From Amoeboaphelidium occidentale (Eukaryota): a stretch of DNA of 57,348 bases. The stretch is from NCBI GenBank assembly GCA_023515795.1, contig JALGPX010000071.1:1-57348 (forward strand), given 5' to 3'. Below, one piece after another: positions 23,134 to 34,813 of the stretch. Positions within the stretch are counted from its first letter, which is position 1. Each line of letters starts with the position of its first letter. The translations under genes were made by a program, and so were the position numbers. The notes beneath the pieces were generated by a model, which searched no databases, was not told the DNA's origin, and saw only the letters and a program-made list of their open reading frames with translations.

Positions 23134-24978
23134 TTATTGTGAGTTTATCAAAACAACAGAAAAATCAGGGGAGGAATTATCTAAATCGATTTTGTTTCTT
23201 GTTTTCAAAACCAGTAATTCATAAAAGAATTGTGCAACTTGTTCACGCTTTGATCCTTGTGCCAATTCTTTGAACTGGACACGATTATTAGCACTTCCCA
23301 TCATTTCACATTTCTCTTCCAAAAATTTAAGTGTTGCATCAGAATTCTTGTCCATATCACTAGAACTAGATCCCTGGTTAAGATCTAATTGTTGGCGTTC
23401 CTCCTCCTCTTCAACGATCGTTTGATAAGCAATTCCAGATAAGAATCCAGCGTCTTGATCATTGACTGGAGTGTTGCTTGAACCATTAGATTCAGCTATT
23501 GCTCTAGGAGATAAGATGGTTGCATCAACAGCAGGATTATATCCGGTTGAAACAATAGAATCGTCATTGTGTTGAGGAAGTGACATACTGAAATCTTCCT
23601 GTGCTTCTTCTTGGATTGGAGGTAGAATATCAACCTGATCATTACCATATTGATAATCATCAAACATTGGTGGAATATATTGCTGTAGATCATTCTGAAA
23701 TTCAGGTTGTGCTTCTTCCTGGTCATCATCAAATAGTCTGAACTCTCCTTCCTCTTCGTTTCTTTCCTCTACAAAAATCTGTTTAATCTCGCTCTTCAAA
23801 ACTCTATCAACTTCGCTACCAATAACATCCTGGCGCAAAATATCTTCACGATCACTTGCCAATCTGTTAATAGTTGCTAAATCAATCTGATTTTGGGCTT
23901 CAACTTCTAAACGCCTTCTTCTGACTCTTTGATGAGCTACAACACGCCTTGTTCGCTTCTTTCTAGTTTTAGCTTGAACAACATCATTAACATTAGCAAC
24001 GACATCAACTTGTTGTTCAATTGCATGATTCTCAAATGCAGGGGCATTCTCATCATGAAGAACAGATTGATCATTAATTAAAGGCATATCGTCCTGTTGA
24101 TTATTCATATTCATCATAAAGTTAAAGTCTGCTTGATTATCCAGAATCTTGTCTTCCTGTTCCTCAAGCACTGGTTCTAGTCTGAATGATGAAGCAGGTT
24201 CTGCATGTCTAGCGACTTCAACACTAAAAGACTGTGACAATACAGGATCTTCCATAGCTTGTTGAGAAAAAGGATCATGATGATCGCTTTGCATAGAAAT
24301 ATCATTATCAAAAGCTAAAACGCTCTTCTGAGGCAACAAAACATTTCCAGTAGACAAACGAACACCAGCCAGGTCCTGTTGGTCTCTCATAGTGAATTCA
24401 TTATCAAACGAAATGTCTCCAGGTGCCATTATGGAACCGGAACCACCAGATAAACCAAACTGCTGAGAAGATATCGGAGGAACAGAAATAGAATCACCAG
24501 CACTCCAACCAAACTCAACAACCTTTTCTTCATTCCACTGTTGCATGGCTTGATCAATATCAATTGGTAATGACAAACCAAGACCAGCAAGTTCATTAGT
24601 ATCTTGCAAAGTGATCGCATTATAGTGAGCAACAGCCTGTTCAGCCCTCATTTCTGTTACAGCTGGCCTAAAAGCCATCTTGATCTTCACCAAGGCTTCA
24701 TTACAGTCCTCCAAAAGGTAGCGAGCCTTTCTGGAGTAGATTTTCACTACACCCAACAACAATTGCCCAGAGAAACGCAAAGCAAAAGGCGGTACATTAT
24801 CACCAATGATGTTTCCTGAATCGTCAAGATATCTTCAAAGTGTCTGATACTTACCAACACTTGTTTTAACGCTGGTCTGGTTTATTTGGGCCTTCGTAAG
24901 CTTACTATCCAAGTGAGAGGCCACCCATACTTTGGCCAGGGGACCTTTCTTTGTCAAAATTGTTTCACTGTAAAACAT
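23134..24978 (-). CDS. RAD21: Cohesin kleisin Rad21/Scc1 (intron 24816-24854)
   Basis: Exon 1 [22 protein letters not shown], then [26 protein letters not shown] and the C-terminal winged helix [12 protein letters not shown]. 39-nt GTAAGT...CAG intron. Confidence 0.93.
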
Positions 24979-25118
24979 GACGTTGTTTAGAGAAGTTGAA
25001 ACAAGCCAAACAGAAGTTACAAAGCTGTCACCCGATGAGGCGCGCGTCCATTCAGGGATTCTGAATGGCTGCGCTGCGAGTTGCTGCTTGAGGCTCGACA
25101 GGATGGCTTATTTTAATG

Positions 25119-25250
25119 GGCAGTTTTGATGATATCATAGGGCTAGCTCAAGGCTGTGAAGTATCATATCGTCTCTTGTGAACTGTGATCACTGCGGCAA
25201 GAGATATCACAGTATGATCATACAAATACCTTAATAAAACATCAACTGCC
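25119..25250. repeat. Nested foldback (MITE-like or structured RNA)
   Basis: Nested arms GGCAGTT(TT)GATG/CATCAACTGCC, ATCATA/TATGAT, CTGTGA/TCACAG and TCTCTTG/CAAGAGA. Confidence 0.45.
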
Positions 25251-25522
25251 TAAGTCCTTAAATGTTTCCATCTCGTAAGCTTGCCACAGTCGTTTGGATC
25301 CTGGCGAGCGTTGCGCATTTGTTTCCGTTGTNCTGTGAAGTATCTTATCGTCTCTTGTGAACTGTGATCACTGCGGCAAGAGATATCACAGTATGATCAT
25401 ACAAATACCTTAATAATACATCAAATGCTTAAGTCCTTAAATGTTTCCATCTCGTAAGCTTGCCACAGTCGTTTGGATCCTGGCGAGCGTTGCGCATTTG
25501 TTTCCGTTGTAAAACTTCAGAA

Positions 25523-26341
25523 ATGTTCAGAAATCAATACGACAGCGACACAACGACATGGTCCCCTCAGGGCAGACTTCACCAGGTCGAGTATTCTTTA
25601 GAAGCTGTGAAGCAGGGTTCAGCCTGTGTTGGAATTCAAGGCAAAGACGCTGTTGTTTTGGTGGCTCTGAAGAGAAGTGGTGGTGATTTAGCTTCTTACC
25701 AGAACAAGATTGTCAGAATTGATGGGCATTTGGGTGTTGCTTACGCTGGTTTGGCTTCAGATGCTCGTGTGCTTAGCAACTTTATGAGGACACAAAGTTT
25801 AAAGTCTCGTTTACTCTTTAACCGCCCTCTGCCTGTATTCAGAATAGTTAACCAAATCAGCGATAAAGCCCAGGCTAATACGCAACAGTACGGAAACAGG
25901 CCTTATGGTGTTGGTTTGTTGGTTGGTGGATACGATGAGACCGGAGCGCATTTGTTTGAGTTCTCTCCTTCCGGAAATTTCTTTGAGTATACGGCCATGG
26001 CTATTGGCGCCAGATCGCAGTCAGCCAAGACGTATTTGGAGAAGCATTGCGATAGTTTTGCAGAATGTATGCGTTTACCTTTTGAAAAGGATGTTGATTA
26101 ACCTTTAGGCGAAATTGATGCTCTTGTTTTGCATGGTTTGAGGGCTCTAAGGGACACATTGCAACAGGAAAAGGAATTAACTGCAAAGAATGTTTCTATT
26201 GCCATCGCAGGTAAGGATGTTGACTTCTACATTGCAACTGAGGAACAAAATCAGTCATGGTTAGACAGAGTCGAAGGAGGTGTCAAGGCCCCATCAGCTT
26301 CAGCAGGTACTGATGGTGCTGCTCCTATGGAAACTGAATAA
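25523..26341 (+). CDS. PSMA1: 20S proteasome alpha6 subunit (PSMA1/Pre5; intron 26067-26108)
   Basis: [32 protein letters not shown] and [14 protein letters not shown]. The 42-nt intron joins [10 protein letters not shown] in frame. Confidence 0.95.
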
Positions 26342-26349
26342 ACACTAAT

Positions 26350-29300
26350 TTACTTTGCTGTGGTAGATCTTGTAACTAATCTTGCTGAATACTCCACTCC
26401 TGTTGAAGGATCAGATTTCTCATAATAATAATTCAAAATCTCTGATGCAGCCTTCTCTTCAATCTGAATTTGAATGAGGCTCTTCTTTTTGATGTACTCC
26501 GTGTTTGTCTTTTGCTGTCTAGCCTGCTGTTGAATTTCTGCAAAAGATAGTTTCTGCTTCAATTGATCGCTTTGATCTTGTTGTTGCGTCTGAACTTGGG
26601 ATCGCTGTTGTTGTTGTTTTGACGCATTCAGTCGAGCTGCAAATGTTGTGCCAAGACTTGTTCTTGGAGGAGAGTTGAAACTAACCGATGGCATAACTTG
26701 CGAGGCAGATGTTGGACCAGGAGGGCTAAATGACTTCCACGGCGAATCATATGAGCTTCTTCTTGGATAGCTTGAACCAGCAGGCGAAGTGGAGAAGTCT
26801 TGAGATATTGGTCTAGGTGAAGACTGATTGATCTTTACAGGAGTTTTGATTTTTGCCATGTTTGTTGTCCAAGGATTTGATGGTCCTGCAATGGGCTCAG
26901 GCTGTGGTTTTGAAGCCTGCTTCCTTTCTTTCTGGCTCAGTTTCTTTCCCTTAGGAGTGCTCTGGCTAGGCATTAAAGATGGAACACCAGAAACATGGTA
27001 ATTATTCTGATTTTGCTGTTGCTCTTGTAAAATTAGATCTTTGAAAGAGATCGGTTTAGCCGCGTGCCTTGGAGACATCATCATTGGCGGTCTGATAAAA
27101 GGAATAGTCGCCGGTACAGATGGTAAAGGATCATCATCTAACGTAAACATCAAATCACTCATTGATTGTTTCTTGTTTGGAATCGGACCCGGCGATAGTG
27201 TTAAACCGTCATTGTTTTCAGTTCGAAAGGATTTCGATATGCTGTTCTTTCTTGATGACGCCCTCAATGTGGGTGAAAGGACAGGACTTGGAGATAACAT
27301 GGGAGACTTCATGTTTCTTGAAACATTGTATTTGTAGTGAGCTTTTCCTGGTAAACTCTCTTCGTCCAAATCGTAGCTTATTCTAGAACGAATGTCGCCA
27401 ACGATATTTTTCAGCTCTTTCTCCAAATCATGAAGAAATTCGTCCAGTTCGCTTCCATGTTCACCTAAAGCCGACTTAACGACATCTTCGATGGACATTG
27501 TATCCAGAAAGGATGCTTTTCGTTTGATCACCTTTTCGTTGTTAAGAATAGAAGGAACATTGCTAGTTAAATCGAGAACGTCTTCGAGATAAGCAAAGTT
27601 AAAGGCAATAAACCTTAAAAACACTTTTTTGTAGTCAAATCTTGTAATTCCTGAAACATAATAAACGCTGAGCAAATCCCAGAAATTTTCTCTGATATCG
27701 AGAATTCGTAACATGTTCAACTCAATTTGAGATTTCAATTTATCAAAAAGCAATTCATCCGTAATGAAGAACAGTGACAATAATAACTGAAAGTCGTACA
27801 AAGTAACATATTTAAAGTCAGCATTGAAACTCTCAAGAATGAAACTCATATGATCTTTCGAAATGTGAGTCAAAACGACGCTGTCAGACGGATTATCCAT
27901 CATCTTTCTTGTGTTGAATATGCCTTCAAAGTATTGACTCTTTTCAATGAGCAACCTCTTGTCACAGACAAGCGATCCATCTGCCAGAATAAGTTCAACA
28001 TTGTCAGAGGAGGAGATCATAACAGGGCGTTCTTGAGAGAAGTTTGGTGGCCTGGGAACCAACAAACTATGTTCCTTAACAACCANNNNNNNNNNNNNNN
28101 NNNNNTGCCAGAATAAGTTCAACATTGTCAGAAGAGGAGATCATAACAGGGCGTTCTTGAGAGAAGTTTGGTGGCCTGGGAACCAACAAACTATGTTCCT
28201 TAACAACCATTCCATATGTGCCGTTGGATAAAGATAAGCTTTTGAATTCTACTCCACTTAACAATCTCTTTGCTACAGATCCCGTACTGAGCTTTTTGAA
28301 TAGTAAATTACTTTTAAAGTCAATATATAAAATTTCACCGACTGAGTCAAAATCACTTATCGCAAACATACGAGCGTTAGAGACGACCCTTGTAATTTCC
28401 GACACGTTGTTAGAGATAATAAACAAGTCGCCTCTTGTAGTTAGAACACCAGCCTTCCTAGTTGAAACTGCAATCGCAACACATGTTTGAGTAACATTGG
28501 CTTCTGGATTGCTTCTCAATTGCCATTTGTCAAAGTCGGTAAGAGGTAGATATAGCTTTGAAAACTTGAAATTATTAATAAGATAGACTTCATAAGTAGG
28601 TGCCACTAAAATCAAACTAAAGGTTTCAGTAGTTTTGATATCAACAATACGTGAGCCAACGGGTGGAACAAAACTTATTCTTTTTGGAAGATGCTCAACA
28701 GTAGCAGGATCAACATCAGCTCCTGCATTGAAATTCCTTGGATTAAACGAAGACTGAATGTTATTTGAGGCTTGAGGTAGCCCTAACTGACCATTGTTTA
28801 CACCCCAGACAAAAATGAGGCCTTTTTGAGTCCAACAGAAGCATGCAATTTTAGATGAGGATATTCCAATAACTTTATCTGTTGTATGCGAGCCACGCTT
28901 TTCTCCGGGCTTCATTATACTCTTTTCATTCTTCTTTAATGCATTTGAGATTGCTGTTACGCGAGTAACTTCTGCGAGTCTCAGATTTAACTCAGAAGAT
29001 AGTCCCAAGCCACCGTATTTGTTCCAACCAAAAGAGTAAACTTCGCCATCCTCTGCTAAAAACACTGCATGAAAGTGTCCCAATGCAACTTTGATAATAC
29101 CATCAGCTGCCAACGTTCTTTTCCAAGTAGAACCACTTGATGCAGGATTAAAGTTCCGACTCATTGTTAGATAAGTACAATAAGATCCAGTTATTTCGTT
29201 CTTTGTTACAAGACCAACTGCATATTTTCCATATAAAATCTCAACTGGATTTACATGTTCAGGATTTGCCTTGTTGCTAGCAGATATTGTCGAAAGTGAA

Positions 29301-30082
29301 ACCAATTCTGGCATGTTCTTGAAGTTCACGTGTTCATTTTGTAGTAGCAAAGAGTTTGTGTTACTTCCCCATGTGAACAAGCGATGTTTTGTATCAATTT
29401 TAGTGAACTGCAATCCTTCCGTAAACAAATCAGATTGTGGCGGCGCAAACTGCAGCTGCTTTAATTCGTTGGCCAAGTCAGAAATAAAAATATCGTCACT
29501 ATCATCTCTGCTACGCTTGACTACGTTTCCGTAAACATCGCATATTGCTTTTTTTTCGAATACTGCTTCAGCAAGATCTGGGCTGATTTTGAGGGATGAT
29601 AGGCGTCTGTATCCCACAGTGACAATGTAATCAAATGTACTCCTCCATTCAATATCATGATCATTGCCATATAGTTTCCTAAAAAGCCAATACAAAAACC
29701 AGAATAATCGGGAATTTCCCTTATACAAAGAATGTTCTAACAAAGACATGGAACTTTCATAATCTAAAGTTCGTAGCTGAGCCCTGACATACTCCGAAAT
29801 ATTCTGTAAAGCATCTTCACTCGATAAATCGTATGATTTTGAATTGCGCTTGATCGATGATGATGATGCTGCTGCTGCTGCTGCTAAGGGGGAAGAGGCA
29901 GACGATGTTGATGATACAATAGATTTTCCATGGAATATCAGCGATTTTAAAGTATCAAAATCATTCTGTAAAATAGCTTTCAAATAAAATCCGTAATTAG
30001 GCTCAATGGAGATTTTTGTCTGTTTCTTCTTCCCGCTGGCTGGAATTGTTAAACCCGAAGCTTTTTCGATTGCGCCCGCCAT
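26350..30082 (-). CDS. RCC1-repeat + BTB protein (IBTK/Btb1-like); one gene split by gap 28086-28105
   Basis: RCC1 motifs LFTWGSN, VYSFGWNKYGGLG and IFVWGVNNGQLG; BTB-like LLIEKSQYFEGIF; C-terminal SLIQIQIEEKA..EILNYY. 27982-28085 is duplicated at 28106-28209. Confidence 0.75.
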
Positions 30083-30337
30083 GATCCGTTACAGCACGGA
30101 AAAACAAAAACTAAACTCTGAGGGTTTTAGACAGCGGAAGGCGGTAAGGCAACTTGACATTTACAAGCAATATGTTTATTAATATCCTAATAACCGCTAA
30201 AGCCCGTAATTTACTCGAAATCGCCAAAAAATGATTCCGCCCGGGATCGAACCGGGTACCTTGGCCGTGTNNNNNNNNNNNATATGTTTATTAATATCCT
30301 GATAACCGCTAAAGCCCGTAATTTACTCGAAATCGCC

Positions 30338-30343
30338 AAAAAA
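30338..30343 (-). terminator. Pol III poly-T terminator of tRNA-Val
   Basis: TTTTTT on the minus strand directly after the tRNA 3' end. Confidence 0.8.
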
Positions 30344-30417
30344 TGATTCCGCCCGGGATCGAACCGGGTACCTTGGCCGTGTTAAGGCCATGTGATAACC
30401 AAATACACCACGGAACC
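30344..30417 (-). tRNA. tRNA-Val(AAC)
   Basis: GGTTCCGTGGTGTATTTGGTTATCACATGGCCTTAACACGGCCAAGGTACCCGGTTCGATCCCGGGCGGAATCA. Anticodon arm TGGCC-TTAACAC-GGCCA, T-loop GGTTCGATCC, followed by T6. Confidence 0.95.
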
Positions 30418-30428
30418 GCTTACATAAT

Positions 30429-30611
30429 TGTTATAATTCAACACCTCTATCGGACTATCACGTGCAGTCTCCCCCCGTTTTGGGATATCTCATCGATATG
30501 GAAACAACAACATACAATGATGCTCAATTGATTTCTTTAACGTGTTAATAAAACATCTTAATTAACACACTTTCCTGCCTCCTTCGTTGAAACCTGTTCT
30601 GTATTCTAACA
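30429..30611. mobile_element. Solo-LTR-like element upstream of tRNA-Val
   Basis: TGTTATAAT...ATTCTAACA termini (8/9 inverted match, TG...CA). 30470-30611 recurs as a direct repeat at 32945-33089. No TSD found. Confidence 0.55.
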
Positions 30612-30692
30612 ACTTACTTTCGGCATTGTTTCAATGTGTTTGAATGCTCCATATGCAAAAAGTCGTATTCATTCTCGTATTTATTCCTGTAT

Positions 30693-30826
30693 TGTTATAA
30701 AATCGTCCAACTCTGAACCACCCTAATAGATCTATATCACTATTAGTTATATCTATTGTGGTATCACACAGATCTTTACTGATCAGAGCTCTATGATCTG
30801 TCATAGATCAACCCTAAGTCTCAACA
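30693..30826. mobile_element. Possible second short solo-LTR-like element
   Basis: TGTT...AACA termini and a GATC-rich interior. Flanks GTAT/TTAT match only approximately. Confidence 0.3.
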
Positions 30827-30956
30827 TTATCTGCTCTCTTGATGTTTATTCTTTGCGGAGTAGAATATCAATCCAGACTTATTTGAAGAATGTTCCACTG
30901 TAATATAAAGAAACTCCATTCGGATATCTAGTTAATGTTTTCCATTCATTCATTTA

Positions 30957-32287
30957 TTAGGGATTTTTGTTTCGCACGACAGTCTCAAACACTTTATCCA
31001 TTTTTTGTTCCAGTTCCTTCAAGGTAGCTTGAACCTGAATGTAATTTTGCGCTGTTTCCATCACGGTGTGTCGAAGCTGCATTAATTCCCCTCCGATCGA
31101 CTCTTTGTAGCAATAGATCAATCGACCACGTTCGAAGAGAATTGACAGCAAAGGGAATTTGTCCTGTTTGATCGTATCAATCAGCGGGTCCTTGATGTTC
31201 TCATAACTGTCACAGGAGGAGAATCCGGCAAAAGCAACTAGCCGAGGCACAATATCAACCAACTTGGTGCGCTTGATTTCTGCACTGGCACCAAGTATTG
31301 TAGCATCATCTCGTATTAATACTTTTAAACCAAGGTACGCCAGCTGAAGCTCCAGCTGTTCAGCTTTGTCGGAATACCATTTTAATCTCGTGGTAGCCTC
31401 AAAAACAGCCAAGAACGATGCTNACAGGAGGAGAATCCGGCAAAAGCAACTAGCCGAGGCACAATATCAACCAACTTGGTGCGCTTGATTTCTGCACTGG
31501 TACCAAGTATTGTTGCATCCTCTCGTATTAAAACTTTTAAACCAAGGTACGCCAGTTGAAGCTCCAGCTGTTCAGCTTTGTCGGAATACCATTTTAATCT
31601 CGTGGCAGCCTCAAAAACAGCCAAGAACGATGCTTCCTTCTTATATTCCAGTTTAGAGTCTTGATTCAACTCTTCCAATGACGGTGGCGGAGTAAGTTGA
31701 TCCAGTGGATCCGTACAGTTTAGACTGTTCACTGCAGTTGTGAAATCAGATTCATGACCAATTGATACAAATTCTTCAGTTTGATTTCCATGAACACACC
31801 ATCCAGCGGCTGGTTTCTCCAAGTAGAGTAAAGCATCAATCTCTTTTGAACAATTTCTTTTGAAATCGGGATATAAGGTCTTCACTATGCCAAGAGCAGC
31901 GGAGTCTGAAAGGCCAGCTCCTTTTTTGAGATAACCAATCTCTTCCTGATACCCAACATGAAAGAGACGGTACAAGTGCTTTTGAATATTGATTCGGGCC
32001 ATATTCTCGAACGTTTCGGTCAGATCACTGTGTATTCTGCTGCTACCCTCATGTTGATTAAGGCCGGAAGTAAGTTTTGCCTTCTCCTTCATCAATAGGT
32101 CCTTCTCTTTTCGAAGGCCAGAGAGTTCAGCAGTGGCAGAATCAAGCAACGCTGCAGCACGAGTGATTTCACTGTCACCAACTGCCCTTTTCAACTGCTC
32201 CTTGCATTCTTTTACTTCATTCCTCGCTTCCACCATCACTTGCTCAATGGCTTCTATACTGGCGATAACTTGCTGCATTTGATCCAT
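30957..32287 (-). CDS. Crinkler-like protein: N-terminal coiled coil + putative restriction-endonuclease-fold domain (artefactual duplication at N31423)
   Basis: Heptad-rich N-terminus, then KEIDALLY...LAVFEAAT...KAEQLELQL. 31212-31422 is repeated at 31424-31634. Intronless. Confidence 0.55.
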
Positions 32288-32807
32288 GCTTTCTTTGCAA
32301 AAGAAAAAAGTAATTGCGGAAGCCTGATTCGACAAAATGATAGGAACCAATCACAACGGGCGTCCGTCAAAGTAGGAGATTGAATGTATGGTTTCTGGAG
32401 CTGAGTACAAGAGAAAAGGCGAAGAATAGAAGTAACGCAAATTATTCTTAATAAAACGCAATGTGAGTTTATTCAATTGTTTCATCTTTGTAAAAGAATA
32501 TTTCGTCAGTCTCAATGTTGGCGTTCTCAATGCAAACTTTCAAGTACTCGATGGCCTGCTTTTTCTGCAACAAGATTGTTCCATTCATCTCGAGCCTTTT
32601 TAAACCATCAATCATTCATCAGGTTGACGTTACGAAGGATTGAGTACAAAAATAGCACCCGAGGATGCTGCAAAGACGCCAAAGTAGGGGGCCATCTCAA
32701 GGTAAAAGGCCGTAAATTTGTTGCTATTGGAGAAAACTGCAGATCTCATAACTCGACTGATAAATAGGGTTCAAATAGTTTCAGGCAAACACCGCGCTCT
32801 AGTTTAC

Positions 32808-33089
32808 TGTTATAACTCGTTAATATACAGACGCAACCTTGAAGCAGATACGAATATAAAAGTAGGAGAGAAAGATGCTCAATAAAGGAGGAATTCTAGG
32901 ATATATTCCCTCTTAGGCCCAAGAGTTTTAATATAACATAACAATCCCCCGTTTTGGGATATCTCATCGATATGGAAACAACAACAAACAAACAATGATG
33001 CTCAATTGATTTCTTTAACGTGTTAATAAAACATCTTAATTAACACACTTCCTTGAATCCTTCGTTGAAACCTGTTCTGTATTCTAACA
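32808..33089. mobile_element. Composite LTR-like remnant
   Basis: 32808-32938 has perfect TGTTATA/TATAACA ends. It abuts 32945-33089, a near-identical copy of 30470-30611 ending in ATTCTAACA. Confidence 0.5.
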
Positions 33090-33193
33090 GAAAAATTTGT
33101 TATTGCTGGGTTTATAAAGACTAAGTCTAAACATGTTTCACCATGTTTCAAAAGATTTAAACACATTTACAAACTACTTCCTCGTTTATTTTC

Positions 33194-34078
33194 TCAAGAA
33201 GTATCCATGGAATTCTGCTTCTTGTCCTTGATAGCCTTTAGCAGAGCTTTGACACGATCACTGGACAACAATGCAATATTCGGATCCAAACCCAATTCCT
33301 GTAACAACGGTGCCAATTCTCCACTCATCAATGCAGCATCCAAACTCTGAACAGCCTGTTGAAACTGTGGACTTCTTATCAAATCCTGCAATTCCTGTTC
33401 AGAATGATCATGTCCTTCCGGCAGTAGTGGAAACAACTCAGAGCGCAACCTTGTATCACTCAAGACTGGTTTCAATAGATCAGGAGTTAAAACTTGTGAT
33501 AATCTTGTCTGTTGGGAGGTAGCAGTTGAAGTAGAAGCAGCAGCAGCAGCAGCAGCAGCAGCTGTGTTACTGGAATTACCCTCTGCACCAAGAAAGCCTT
33601 GTTCCTGCAATAGTCTCATCAATTGTTCCTGCTCAGAGGAATTCATGCCACCTTCAGCTTGAGCACCTGACGCACCACCACTATTAATCAAATCATTAAA
33701 CTTCTTTACAAGATCATCATCCTTAAACTCTTCTGATTCCTGTAACCAAAAGAACAAACGCTGTGCAGATGTCTTGAACTTTAGAACGTACGCTTTCCCA
33801 GTTGCACACTGTGGAATCTTTACAAACTCAGCCTCTTCAGGAAACACAATGAAATCATCTTCAACCTGCTCAGAATTCCTCTCTTTCCAGCAGACATGCA
33901 ACAGGGAATCATCAGCTGATACTTTAACAAAGACTAAACCTTTGCGTTTATCAGCAGTCAACAAATTCCCAGAGGATCTCAACAACTTTCCAGCCTTAAA
34001 TTCCAACAGATACGGTGACTTCTTCTTTTGATTTTTAGCAGTTTCGAATAGATTCCTAGCGACTTGTGACGAAGACAT
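33194..34078 (-). CDS. RPN13: Proteasomal ubiquitin receptor Rpn13/ADRM1
   Basis: Pru domain LLEFKAGKL...DKRKGLV...LLHVCWKER...RLFFWLQE and UCH-binding region IRSPQFQQAVQSLDAAL. Confidence 0.92.
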   Translation of the reverse strand: MSSSQVARNLFETAKNQKKKSPYLLEFKAGKLLRSSGNLLTADKRKGLVFVKVSADDSLLHVCWKERNSEQVEDDFIVFPEEAEFVKIPQCATGKAYVLKFKTSAQRLFFWLQESEEFKDDDLVKKFNDLINSGGASGAQAEGGMNSSEQEQLMRLLQEQGFLGAEGNSSNTAAAAAAAAASTSTATSQQTRLSQVLTPDLLKPVLSDTRLRSELFPLLPEGHDHSEQELQDLIRSPQFQQAVQSLDAALMSGELAPLLQELGLDPNIALLSSDRVKALLKAIKDKKQNSMDTS

Positions 34079-34179
34079 TTTTTAGGGAGCGAAAGAGAAA
34101 GAAAAAAAAGCACGACTGCGCAAAAGTTGTTTCAAAACAAAGGCCGAATCACAAACGCTCTCAAATCGATCGGATTTCG

Positions 34180-34510
34180 TCTGTCTGTCTGTCTGTCTGT
34201 GTGTGTGTGTCTGTCTTCTGTGTGTGTCTGTCTTCTGTCTGTCTTCTGTGTGTGTGTGAGTCTCTTTACAAACTCCAAAAGAAAACCCTCTTTTTTTTTG
34301 TAGCGTCGACGTTGCGGAGAAAGGGAAAGAAATAATTTTTTATTTTTCTATTTCTAAAGTTGTTGCAAAGTNAGCACGACTGCGCAAAAGTTGTTTCAAA
34401 ACAAAGGCCGAATCACAAACGCTCTCAAATCGATCGGATTTCGTCTGTCTGTGTGTGTCTGTCTGTCTTCTGTGTGTGTGTGTGTGTGTGTCTGTGTGTG
34501 TGTGTGTGTG
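34180..34510. repeat. Compound (GT)n/(GTCT)n microsatellite, present as two variants either side of N34372
   Basis: Tracts at about 34180-34260 and 34444-34510, inside duplicated flanks 34109-34371 and 34373-34622. Confidence 0.9.
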
Positions 34511-34813
34511 AGTCTCTTTACAAACTCCAAAAGAAAACCCTCTTTTTTTTGTAGCGTCGACGTTGCGGAGAAAGGGAAAGAAATAATTTTTTATTTTTCT
34601 ATTTCTAAAGTTGTTGCAAAGTATTATTGGGAAACGAATGACTCGATCACTACCGAAAAGGTACTCAGCTTCAACCTCTACTTCAACTTCAACTTCAACC
34701 TCAGCCTCAACTTCTACTTCAACCTCAACTTTCTTTAATTCAATGTCAAGTTTCTCAAAATACATTCGCTTGCTTTTTGTCATTTACATAATTGTCTCAT
34801 TGNTGGGAAACGA

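Noticed and set aside
25032..25039. Hammerhead ribozyme core
   Set aside because: The sequence is CCGATGAG rather than CTGATGAG, and there is no correctly placed GAAA.
30232..30270. Second tRNA-Val copy
   Set aside because: Only the 3' half is present, inside 30170-30270, which is re-run after the gap. Treated as an assembly duplicate.
32477..32767. 96-aa ORF with a C...GGH...C..HN pattern
   Set aside because: Non-ATG start and too short to assign; at most a pseudogene fragment.
34628..34802. Separate short gene duplicating the GT49 N-terminus
   Set aside because: Allelic repeat-length variant placed before N34803.
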